This document shows positions 1-8,502 of a DNA stretch of 64,000 nucleotides, piece by piece. The stretch's first letter is position 1. Each line of letters starts with the position of its first letter. Source of the stretch: Eubacteriales bacterium (GTDB lineage Bacteria > Bacillota > Clostridia > Oscillospirales > CAG-272). A program made the translations under genes and the position numbers. Under the pieces are notes generated by a model. The model was not told where the DNA came from. It saw only the letters and a list, made by a program, of their open reading frames with translations, and ran no database searches. The stretch is from assembly GCA_045634385.1 (NCBI GenBank), contig JAZRAE010000084.1:13425-77424 (forward strand). Reading direction: 5' to 3'.

Positions 1-12
1 ACCGTCTCTCAT
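1..12 (-). CDS. 5' start of the next cluster gene (MRDG..., truncated by the window edge)
   Basis: GGAGGT RBS followed by ATG at 12, immediately after the stop of 14..385. Confidence 0.45.
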
Positions 13-13
13 A

Positions 14-385
14 TTAACCTCCCGAGATGCTGTATCTCTTCGCAACCTTAAACATAAGCGAGCCCAAAAGATTTGTAACGAATCCAACGAATGATATTAC
101 CGTTACTTCATCTGCAATCTTGGAGAGAAGGAAAAAGACGAGAAAAAATATCAGCCACATTACAGGTGCAGATGGCGTGCGAAATATCTGTTTCAGATAC
201 TTAAAAAGGGGGATGATTGCCGCTCCTAAAAGAATAAGTGACAGCCCTGATAGAATGCTTGCATCTTCTCTTGCAATCCATAGAGGAAAGTACGAAAAAA
301 TCGTCACGGCTACGGGTATAATAGATATTCCAATGCCGAGCGTGTTAAATAAAAGGCGCTTTGCGGGGTTAGTCCGTGTTGGCAT
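14..385 (-). CDS. Small membrane protein, about 4 TM segments (possible holin-like protein)
   Basis: 123 aa with four hydrophobic stretches; overlaps the upstream ORF; lies in the phage-like operon. Confidence 0.6.
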   Translation of the reverse strand: MPTRTNPAKRLLFNTLGIGISIIPVAVTIFSYFPLWIAREDASILSGLSLILLGAAIIPLFKYLKQIFRTPSAPVMWLIFFLVFFLLSKIADEVTVISFVGFVTNLLGSLMFKVAKRYSISGG

Positions 386-989
386 TTTCCCTGATCGCCC
401 CCTTCATTTTTGCTATTCTTTCCCCAACGGCATCCTTCTGATATTGGGGTAGAGCAGAGCACATAAAGATATCATATAGCATATCTATTTGCGCATCTAC
501 AACGATTCTCAACTGCTCATTTTCGAGTCTTGCCGCACTCTCGTTTTCAAAACTTGCGTTAAGACTTTCTTCGAGTGCGCCTATTTTTTTACCAAGACAG
601 GTTAGAAGCTCTTGCGTATCATTTAGCTTGCTTTCGATATTCACACCGAGTTGAGAGCTTAACTCGGTGTTTTCTTTAGTGTTTTCTTTAATTTTTGTTA
701 CCGCATTTCCGATAGTTACAAGTGATTTTTCCACAAGGGGTAAGAACCCCTTTTTGTAGGCGAGGGCAAGAGTCATCGAGCCGGTAAAGGTGAGCGCACA
801 AAGTATTTCGCTTGTATATGCGCTGACTTCATGGTACACCTTTTCAAAGAAGTTTGTGTTATCCTCGTATTCTTCGGATTCGTATTCTTTTTCCGTGTAT
901 TCCTCTTCGGCGTATGCATATATCGCACACGGCATAGTAAACATAACGAGGAGAATTGATACAATAAAGTATTTTAGCTTGTTTTTCAT
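369..989 (-). CDS. Hypothetical membrane protein (signal peptide, acidic linker, TM, coiled coil)
   Basis: N-terminus MKNKLKYFIVSILLVMF...AYA, E/Y-rich linker, second hydrophobic segment, heptad-rich C-terminus. Confidence 0.7.
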   Translation of the reverse strand: MKNKLKYFIVSILLVMFTMPCAIYAYAEEEYTEKEYESEEYEDNTNFFEKVYHEVSAYTSEILCALTFTGSMTLALAYKKGFLPLVEKSLVTIGNAVTKIKENTKENTELSSQLGVNIESKLNDTQELLTCLGKKIGALEESLNASFENESAARLENEQLRIVVDAQIDMLYDIFMCSALPQYQKDAVGERIAKMKGAIRENANTD

Positions 990-1399
990 TTTTCCATCCT
1001 TTCAAAATCAAATATCTTGTGCCCTCGGCACATAGTTTCAAGATGTGCGACCTTTTTTTCGAGAGAGCAACACGCCTTTTCAAGATTGTAGCATCTTGAG
1101 ATAAGTCTTCTTATGATGGTATCATCGGTTTTTAACATTTCGACAACAGGGCCGATTTTGCAAAAGCCTTCTACGACGAACACACCGATATCAGACTCCA
1201 GCTTAGGATGATATTCTTCGTTATGCAAGGAACTAAGCGGTATTTTAACTTCTCCGTTATTTACCTCAAACATTGAGTTCCCAAGCTTGATAACGCCAAA
1301 GCATTTTGGGGTGAATATCATATGTAGTACGTTCTTGCCATCATCGTCGATAGCTACCCATTCGGCAGTACCGTGTGAAGTTTCATAGCGTATTTTCAT
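986..1399 (-). CDS. Hypothetical protein with C-terminal coiled coil
   Basis: 137 aa ORF overlapping both neighbours; RBS AAGGAGGT. Confidence 0.7.
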   Translation of the reverse strand: MKIRYETSHGTAEWVAIDDDGKNVLHMIFTPKCFGVIKLGNSMFEVNNGEVKIPLSSLHNEEYHPKLESDIGVFVVEGFCKIGPVVEMLKTDDTIIRRLISRCYNLEKACCSLEKKVAHLETMCRGHKIFDFERMEK

Positions 1400-1806
1400 T
1401 ACTTATCCACCTCCTTCTCGCTATTGAGAGATTCTATTTTTCTCTTCAACTCGTCAAGTTCACTGTAGATGGATATCATATGGTTTAATAGACTTTTTCC
1501 AAAAAAGCTGAAATACGTGGCAAAAGCTCCGGTTTGCATATCTTCAAAAAGCGAGTGCAGAGTGTGTCCGTCTTTTATTCCGCTTGGAATGGCTGAAGCG
1601 ATCGAATCCTCTCCGTAACTTGAGACGTCGCTGACAAGTTTGTTGTACTGTTCTATAATGTATAGGGGGAGCTTATCGAATGCTTCCTTCATTTGTGCCG
1701 CGCCGTATCCCTTTCCTCCGAGAGAACGAGGTGCTGTGGGACGAGTTGGGAGAGAGGATATCATTATATCGGCAATGTCGGAATTCAGTATTTTTTTAGC
1801 GTTCAT
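1399..1806 (-). CDS. Putative tail-fibre base/attachment-like protein (short)
   Basis: ATG at 1806 with AGAAAGGA RBS. The motif SSLPTRPT..G.GAAQMKEAFDKLP resembles N-termini of fibre-like proteins that follow the nozzle in Firmicute short-tailed phages (recalled, unverified). Confidence 0.5.
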   Translation of the reverse strand: MNAKKILNSDIADIMISSLPTRPTAPRSLGGKGYGAAQMKEAFDKLPLYIIEQYNKLVSDVSSYGEDSIASAIPSGIKDGHTLHSLFEDMQTGAFATYFSFFGKSLLNHMISIYSELDELKRKIESLNSEKEVDK

Positions 1807-1897
1807 ATTTTTGTCCTTTCTTAAATGCAAGAGGTGTTTGCGCTCGGTGCAATGAGGTTTCACATTGCGTGCAAGTGTGCATTATTATCCCCCCTGC

Positions 1898-4603
1898 TTA
1901 GATGTTGTTTTTAATATTGCCTTTTATGGTATAACGATAACTTATTGAGTAGACAGATAATGGTGAGGCAAATTTGTCACATGATAGTATTACTTGCTTC
2001 TCAATCCAGCGCTTCTCCTTTTCCGGGAGTGCCGTTGCGAGGTAGCGGGGGACGTTCCATGGCATATCCGAGAAGTCAAAGTCATCAAAGCTTGTACCTG
2101 CTGTTGGGAAGCTGCTGATATGTACAGAATCTTGACTGTCTGTTACAATGTCGCATTTAATACTGTTTGCAGCATAGCTCTTGGCCTTTACGATCAGGGA
2201 GTTTTTTACTGTGTTTTTTGTTAGGTGAGGTATGCCGCAATCGTCGAGCGAGGTCTTTATAACATACTTTGCGGGGTGGTGGTCAAAGCTGTAGTAGTAG
2301 GGGTGTATTCTGTTACCCATGAGAGCAGCATATTCCACCTCGTCATATTCATCGGAATCCATAACACTTTGTGGAGCAACACCGCGCATATCATTGTTAA
2401 AAACACAAATGTGACCGTTTTCTGTTGCAAAGAAAAGTAAATTGTCATATGAGATAAACACGGTGGCAGGATGAAAGTCACCGCCAATATATTCTTCGGT
2501 CAATTCAATGGCATACTTGTTTTGGTTTTCCATTACATAAAAGTATGCTTGTCCGTTTATCGCAACGCTATAGATGCAATCACTTACAACCACCTCTCCG
2601 GCGAGAGTCGGATGAGATAGAAATCCCGACGGTGGATTTTTTGAGTATCTGAAGAGCAGTTCGTCATCGATATATCCACCAATATCCGTAAGATAAAACC
2701 ACTCGTATTCTCGTGCGCCGGTTGGGTGTGAGAATATCGATCGTGAGTCAGCTAAAAAGATTTTTCCATTGACACCCACAACGAGATATCCGAGCCACTC
2801 ACACAAAGATGCTTTTGATAAATCTTCTTTAAGTAAAGCATAATTTACATTATGCGATCTACAGACAACATTTCGTTGATAGTTGATGTTTTCGCTGTTG
2901 AGAGCCATCAATCCGTCCTTTGTTAAAAACACAGGGTCGTCAAGGAAGGAGAGAGAGACACCGGTTGAACATATTCCTGAGTGGACGTATGCGACGGGGT
3001 ATATCGTATGTACCGCGCCTTGATCCACCGCCTCCTTCTTGTGGTAGAAGATGCTTCCTGAACCATCGTCTCCTTCTTTGAATACTGCGAGCATGTCTCT
3101 GACAGCGAGGAGTGATTTGACTTTATACCGTCCGCTGCCGTCATTGAAGTAGTTGTATACACCCACATACATTTCCTTTTCGTGATTGTCTTTTGGCATT
3201 TCGGTGTAAAAGACTGTGTTGGGAAAATTCGGGTTTCCGCTTAAGAATACTCTATTGTCAAATACCTCGGCTATTGTGCATCCGGCTATTGCTGCGTATG
3301 ATGTACAAGGGGTAAGAGCCGACATTTCCTCAGACCACTCATCCGAAAGGGGAGCGAGTGTTCCCTTTATTTCAACCTTGACGTTCGTGACGTCTACAAG
3401 ACTTGCGAATTTCACGGTTACGCTTTTCACATATTCACCTTCGTATCTCGGCTCGTATTCCGCTTCTTCACCGTTAAGTGTTACATATTCAACATCATCA
3501 ACCTTTCCGTTCAAGGGCAGTGTTATACATAATTGATCGTATGTGGTGTTGTATGAAATGCTTTTTTGAGTGATTATATCTTTACCATCTATGAGATTTA
3601 ACTCCTCGCTGCTGAGCTCGTAGTTTATACATGTGAGTGACGGGCAGGCTGAAAACGCTGCAGCACCCACGTATGATAGTCCCGCACTGAGATATAGCGA
3701 GTTAAGCTTCGCACAATTGTAAAACGCCTTTTCTCCTATATGTGTGACTGTGGATGACGTTACTACCGTGGTGAGATTTGTACATCCTGCAAAGGCCTTG
3801 TCACCGATTTTTGTCATACCGTCGGGTAGATATATTTCTTTTAGGTTCTGGTTGTTTTCAAATGCGTGGCTATCTACGGAAACGACCTTGTAGCTTATGC
3901 CGGACATATTCACGTAGGCGGGTATATAAATTTGATCATCGGAGTCGTCTTTTATACCCTTGACTGTGCAGAGATTGAGAATGGGATCTGTGATGCCGTA
4001 TTTAACACCGTCCGATGCGTGCAGATATACCTTAGGATCTACAAGATAGTATTCCTCCTTAAAATCCTCTATGAGAAGGTTTCTCTGCTCATATGGTTCG
4101 CCGGAGACATGAGTGGTCGGTATATACGGATAGATGCCGTCCTGACCAATAGTACTGCATTCTCCGTCTTCATTTATGCAGTATATCGTGCTGCCGTCCA
4201 TAATGTAGAGATTTCGGCCGTATTCAAATCCGAAGCTCTTTGTATCCTCAAGCGTGGCAATCTCTTCTCCATAGGTATCTTCCAAGTAAATATCCGACAC
4301 GGGGTGGCGCATAAGCTTGTTTGCGACGTGTGCAATTATATAATCCTCACCGCCCGATGAGGAATGCATGTAAAACAGAGAATGTATCGGCTCTTCATAA
4401 TGAGCAAAGCATCTAAAGCCGGGTACACTCTCAATTACGTCTGCTCCATCACCATCGTAATCCTTATACACGTTTTGTGCATAAGCGAGTCTGTCTGATG
4501 ATGTAATTGATGAGCTGCCGTTTAGCTCAACACCGCGAAACCCTTTGTAAACTTTTGTGTATTCCGCGGTAGAGTAGATCAGATTTCTGTATCTGTTAGC
4601 CAT
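1898..4603 (-). CDS. Putative tail nozzle / head-closure protein (P22 gp10 or T7 tubular-B-like position) with an internal BspA-type LRR domain
   Basis: About 900 aa, beta-rich; N-terminal FRGVEL...RLAYAQNVY; directly after the adaptor; four TxIGxxAFxxCxxL-type repeats at ~3620-4010. Confidence 0.65.
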   Translation of the reverse strand: MANRYRNLIYSTAEYTKVYKGFRGVELNGSSSITSSDRLAYAQNVYKDYDGDGADVIESVPGFRCFAHYEEPIHSLFYMHSSSGGEDYIIAHVANKLMRHPVSDIYLEDTYGEEIATLEDTKSFGFEYGRNLYIMDGSTIYCINEDGECSTIGQDGIYPYIPTTHVSGEPYEQRNLLIEDFKEEYYLVDPKVYLHASDGVKYGITDPILNLCTVKGIKDDSDDQIYIPAYVNMSGISYKVVSVDSHAFENNQNLKEIYLPDGMTKIGDKAFAGCTNLTTVVTSSTVTHIGEKAFYNCAKLNSLYLSAGLSYVGAAAFSACPSLTCINYELSSEELNLIDGKDIITQKSISYNTTYDQLCITLPLNGKVDDVEYVTLNGEEAEYEPRYEGEYVKSVTVKFASLVDVTNVKVEIKGTLAPLSDEWSEEMSALTPCTSYAAIAGCTIAEVFDNRVFLSGNPNFPNTVFYTEMPKDNHEKEMYVGVYNYFNDGSGRYKVKSLLAVRDMLAVFKEGDDGSGSIFYHKKEAVDQGAVHTIYPVAYVHSGICSTGVSLSFLDDPVFLTKDGLMALNSENINYQRNVVCRSHNVNYALLKEDLSKASLCEWLGYLVVGVNGKIFLADSRSIFSHPTGAREYEWFYLTDIGGYIDDELLFRYSKNPPSGFLSHPTLAGEVVVSDCIYSVAINGQAYFYVMENQNKYAIELTEEYIGGDFHPATVFISYDNLLFFATENGHICVFNNDMRGVAPQSVMDSDEYDEVEYAALMGNRIHPYYYSFDHHPAKYVIKTSLDDCGIPHLTKNTVKNSLIVKAKSYAANSIKCDIVTDSQDSVHISSFPTAGTSFDDFDFSDMPWNVPRYLATALPEKEKRWIEKQVILSCDKFASPLSVYSISYRYTIKGNIKNNI

Positions 4604-5439
4604 CACGCCCACCCGTTAACGCGGTATTCCGCATCTATCCTATCGGTAGAGTATCTCTTTATGTTTGCAACAAGATCACGGTACAGGCTCATGTAATACT
4701 GCGCCTTTGCCGCATCGTCATCAAGCCACATAAATGAGGCGGTTAAAAGTGGCAGAAGCTGAACACATTCGTTTGAAATATCAATAGGAATATTTTTTGT
4801 ATCCGCAGAGATGGGCGTTGGAGTTCTGTGATACGTGATGTACATTTTTCCTCTAAAATCATAGGGAACAATTATTCTACCGCCTTCGAGCTTGACCGAT
4901 TCTATCTCGTTTCCATATTCGTCGTACGGCTTTTTTGAAAAGGAATGGAAGTCTCGACACCAGTCTGCAGGATAAAGCTCTCTGTACGGAGTGTATTCCG
5001 GAATATCCGGTGTGTTATTGCTTATCACGTCCTTGAAAACAACGAGGTTGCTAATTGTAAAATAAAAATCACCCGAGAAGGTGATGTTTCCTTCTCCGAA
5101 AACATATTGCTTAGTTATTTGATCTTTGATGGAGAGGGGCACAGTGTTAGAACCTGTACGATCTGTAATTATGCACGTCCCCCTGCCGGAGGATCTAAAC
5201 GAAATGGATTTTCCGTTGAAGGGGATGGTGATAACAGATCCCGATGTGTGTTCAATGAACTCTCGCACAAGTTCAATTCTCGGTCCGCTAAAGACAACTA
5301 TTGCGGTTTTGGATACGGGCCTGTCTGTATATATGAGCGAGAGGGCGCGGTTTGCAGAATCTACAAAGAGGCTTTCATCCTCAATGTAGTTTTCAAATCC
5401 CAAATGCGCCACGTGAGTTTTTAATTCGTTAAAATACAT
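4603..5439 (-). CDS. Putative head-tail adaptor (gatekeeper) protein
   Basis: Follows the capsid gene; helical N-terminus (FNELK...ANRAL) and C-terminal Y.R.P..I...LLPLLTA...DD..KAQYY pattern typical of podoviral adaptors. Confidence 0.55.
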   Translation of the reverse strand: MYFNELKTHVAHLGFENYIEDESLFVDSANRALSLIYTDRPVSKTAIVVFSGPRIELVREFIEHTSGSVITIPFNGKSISFRSSGRGTCIITDRTGSNTVPLSIKDQITKQYVFGEGNITFSGDFYFTISNLVVFKDVISNNTPDIPEYTPYRELYPADWCRDFHSFSKKPYDEYGNEIESVKLEGGRIIVPYDFRGKMYITYHRTPTPISADTKNIPIDISNECVQLLPLLTASFMWLDDDAAKAQYYMSLYRDLVANIKRYSTDRIDAEYRVNGWA

Positions 5440-5569
5440 ATACGGTCCTTTCTTTAAAATTTGGCGGGATGAACGTTCCGGTCTTGCGTAGCATAATGGA
5501 TTTTTAAGCGCTCGATTCCCGCCGACAGATTATCACACGAATGAAGTCGGAAAAGTATCCTAATTCAAA

Positions 5570-5635
5570 AGGCAGATAGGTAAGAGCGAAGGCATTAAAG
5601 CCTTTTTAGAGTGTTAAATTTTATTCTATCTGCCT
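5570..5635 (-). terminator. Long-loop hairpin after the capsid gene (probably a weak terminator or stabiliser)
   Basis: 10-bp inverted repeat AGGCAGATAG/CTATCTGCCT with a short T run on the minus strand. Confidence 0.45.
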
Positions 5636-5656
5636 AACCGTGTAATTTTTCAGCTA

Positions 5657-6718
5657 TCAGAGTTGTGTTGAAGAGTCATGTGCCGTAGCAGAATCCACCG
5701 CGAGAAGAATGTGCTTGTAATTACCGAAGCCTACACCGAATCGGCATCTGCCGTTCCAGTAATAGTTTCCGGTGTGATGATCAACCCAGTTGGATACCGT
5801 GAGAGGAATTCTGTTGAAGAACATATTGCCCGCAAGATTCTTGTTTGCCTCGCTTGACATAATCATAATTCTGTTGTCGGTAGGCTGCCAGTTGGGTAGA
5901 ATTATCACGTTCCAGTTGCCAAAGTGGAGGTTTATATCGTTGTAACCGTTGCCGAGTGCACCGTCACTACCGCATACCTTCTTAACTATTTGTTCGATCT
6001 TAGGTTTGTTGCCCGGGAGAATTATGGTATCTGCGGTGTAGCCGAGTGCCTCACCGTTTTCATCCTTCATGTTTCTGAGCTTTACGGAAAGCTCGGCGAG
6101 AGATTCCTCAAAGACACTTGTAGACAGCACTCTTGAGTCCGAAGTACCGGTTGCAAAGATATCACCGTAGTAGTAATTTGACTGCGTGCCGTTTGTACCC
6201 GATCCGCCGCCCCATGTGTGTGTTGAAGAGAAGAGCGGGAGATTATCCGAGGTCGTTAGATCAATTGAAGAGCCGGCAAATGTACAGGAAGTTGCGGTTG
6301 CGTTTACAAGTGCCGCTTCACAGAGCTTGTTCATTGTCTTGTAGTAGGCTCTTGCAAAGTTTTCTGCTCTGCGTTTTGCATCTATTGCCAGACCATAGTT
6401 GCAGTCTTCCACCATCTCTGCGGTTACGATAAACTCCTTCATATACTGAATATGCTCGATGAATTTTGTTCCGGTTTCGGATACGGTGTCACTTTCAGCA
6501 CCGCTTCCTTCGACAACGGACTTGAAGATACCGAACTCGTTCTGGGTAACTATTGTTTCACCGAACTTGTTACTTTTTTCTACGTTGAAGAGCCAGTCGC
6601 GTATGCCGCCCTTCCTGCTGAGAATGTCGCTTTCGTTTTCGATTACCATTTTGATAGGAAGCTGTATCTTACCGAAGGCGGCATTATTTACAGTTGAATT
6701 TTTAGAATAAATTATCAT
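5657..6718 (-). CDS. Major capsid protein (HK97 fold)
   Basis: 353 aa; position after scaffold/decoration genes; motifs D.LPLFS..H, MKDENGEALGYTADTIILP and RFGVGFGNYK fit a phage MCP. Confidence 0.8.
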   Translation of the reverse strand: MIIYSKNSTVNNAAFGKIQLPIKMVIENESDILSRKGGIRDWLFNVEKSNKFGETIVTQNEFGIFKSVVEGSGAESDTVSETGTKFIEHIQYMKEFIVTAEMVEDCNYGLAIDAKRRAENFARAYYKTMNKLCEAALVNATATSCTFAGSSIDLTTSDNLPLFSSTHTWGGGSGTNGTQSNYYYGDIFATGTSDSRVLSTSVFEESLAELSVKLRNMKDENGEALGYTADTIILPGNKPKIEQIVKKVCGSDGALGNGYNDINLHFGNWNVIILPNWQPTDNRIMIMSSEANKNLAGNMFFNRIPLTVSNWVDHHTGNYYWNGRCRFGVGFGNYKHILLAVDSATAHDSSTQL

Positions 6719-6736
6719 ATTTATCTCCTTTAAAAT

Positions 6737-7129
6737 TTATTTGCGGAACTTGACGTAGACCATTTTCTGATCGTCCTCGATCTGAACAATTCTGCCTTTT
6801 CCGCTTGAGTTATATGTTACCGAGTCCATTTTTGTTTTACCGGTTGCAAGACCGACAGACATTCCTATCTGAGGTGTCGTTGTGCCTGTGTATTCAACCT
6901 TGAAGATCATATCCTCGGTAACGAGCATAGCGTCAATTTGTTTTCTTGCCTCATCGATATTTCCCGTTAGAGAAATGTAATCGGGCATTGCCGTTCCGGA
7001 TGCTAATGTTGCAATTCCGTTAGTGCAGGTAAGAGCGCAACCCGGAGCAATTACAAGAGATTCCGAGTAGTTGAGCTTTGAAATCTCGCACTGATTATTT
7101 CCGTTTAATACTTTTACGAGTCTGAACAA
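6737..7129 (-). CDS. Putative capsid decoration/cement protein
   Basis: 130 aa, beta-rich, between scaffold and MCP; TTG start with AAGGGGT RBS. Confidence 0.55.
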   Translation of the reverse strand: MFRLVKVLNGNNQCEISKLNYSESLVIAPGCALTCTNGIATLASGTAMPDYISLTGNIDEARKQIDAMLVTEDMIFKVEYTGTTTPQIGMSVGLATGKTKMDSVTYNSSGKGRIVQIEDDQKMVYVKFRK

Positions 7130-7148
7130 TGTTTTACCCCTTTCTTGT

Positions 7149-7616
7149 TTACTTAGTTACCTTTTTATAAAGGCGTTGTATATCCGAATCGTTAAGACCG
7201 GGGAAAAGCTCTCTGGCAGTTGCCAGCTCATACTGTGTCATCATATCTGTGGGAGCTGCTGCACTTCTTCCGTGAGCACTTTTCAAATGTGCACGAGTAT
7301 CTTGAGTTTTTCTCTTCGCCGTCGCCATATAAGCCTCTGTGGGTGACAAACCGAGGTCGCGTAAAGCTGCATATCGCAATGGATTGTTAAGCTCGGTGAT
7401 TTCTGTAATATCTCTGAGTTCGGGGAATTCTGCCTTGAGTGCGGCAATATCGCTTTTAATAACTGCCTCGTAATCGATTGCCTCGTCGTGCTTTGTTTCT
7501 TCCGGTTCGGCGAATGTCTCTTCGACCTTACCATCCATACCCGGCATATCTGTGGATTTTGCGTCCTCGTCAGCGAGGGTTACTATCTCGTCTGTGCTGT
7601 AAGCGGCTTCCATCAT
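7149..7616 (-). CDS. Putative capsid scaffolding protein
   Basis: Acidic N-terminus, LKAEFPEL...LSPTEAY, C-terminal RELFPGLNDSDIQRLYKK; ATG at 7616 overlaps the upstream stop. Confidence 0.65.
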   Translation of the reverse strand: MMEAAYSTDEIVTLADEDAKSTDMPGMDGKVEETFAEPEETKHDEAIDYEAVIKSDIAALKAEFPELRDITEITELNNPLRYAALRDLGLSPTEAYMATAKRKTQDTRAHLKSAHGRSAAAPTDMMTQYELATARELFPGLNDSDIQRLYKKVTK

Positions 7617-7768
7617 TCCTTGCCTCCCTTGCATCTTAGATCGTCATTACCTTTAATTATTCTGCATTTCGGTTCGTTTTGCGGCTTGACGGGTGCCGTA
7701 ATTTTACCCAAACCGAGATTTCGGTAGGGCGCGCTGTTATCGATTGTTATCTTGGGTTTCTTATTCAT
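7613..7768 (-). CDS. Small basic virion-cluster protein (51 aa; not in the ORF track)
   Basis: AGAAAGGA RBS; MNKKPKITIDNSAPYRNLGLGKITAPVKPQNEPKCRIIKGNDDLRCKGGKE; ATGA overlap with the scaffold gene. Confidence 0.65.
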   Translation of the reverse strand: MNKKPKITIDNSAPYRNLGLGKITAPVKPQNEPKCRIIKGNDDLRCKGGKE

Positions 7769-7794
7769 ATTATTTTCCTTTCTGATTAGGTTTC

Positions 7795-8502
7795 TTAGTG
7801 CGTTCTTTGCTCAAGAAAATCAAGGTAATCCTTGGATATGGTTCCGTAGTATCTCAAAAGCTCGCTTACCTCATTTGCCAATGCATTGGAATCGTCCTCC
7901 GAGACACCCATTTTTAGAGCGAGCATTTTTGCCCCCTCACTGTCGAGTCCAAGGCTTGCCGTCTGTTCGAGAATTTTGTTGAAGACCTTTTGCTTAGTTA
8001 CCTCGTAAGCACTTTGGCCAACAAATTCGGCATCCTCCTTTGAAAGGCCCGCACTTATTCCGTAGGCTACCGCGGTGTTAAGATCCACGACGTCATTGCT
8101 TATAAGATGCGACATTACGCTCTTTTTAAGGCCTGACGTTTTGTCAGCGTAATTGTCGAGATATGACGCATATGACGTCATCGCCTTTGTGCGGTTTTCG
8201 CCGTATTGCTTTTCGAGTGATTTGAGTCCTGATTTAAATGAGCTTTTAGCTATATTGTCAATATAATCGGAATATCCACTGTTTTGCAAACCTTTGTTAT
8301 TAATTTTACGCATGTTCTCGCCGTAAGAGGATAATGCACGCTTGGATGATGCATAGAGCGATCCGACAGCGTCGGAATAACTTTTAGCATCTTCGAGTCC
8401 GTTTTTGTGTTTATAGAGATCGAATGAGTCAGCCGATCCTATCGTACTGTTTGAACCGAGATATTTCTTAACAAGCTCTTCGAGTGTATTTACTTTACTC
8501 AT
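7795..8502 (-). CDS. Hypothetical helical protein, possible ejection/internal virion protein
   Basis: ATG at 8502 overlaps the portal stop, RBS AGGAGG; 235 aa, S/A/K-rich, with a KGLQNSGYSDY motif. Confidence 0.55.
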   Translation of the reverse strand: MSKVNTLEELVKKYLGSNSTIGSADSFDLYKHKNGLEDAKSYSDAVGSLYASSKRALSSYGENMRKINNKGLQNSGYSDYIDNIAKSSFKSGLKSLEKQYGENRTKAMTSYASYLDNYADKTSGLKKSVMSHLISNDVVDLNTAVAYGISAGLSKEDAEFVGQSAYEVTKQKVFNKILEQTASLGLDSEGAKMLALKMGVSEDDSNALANEVSELLRYYGTISKDYLDFLEQRTH

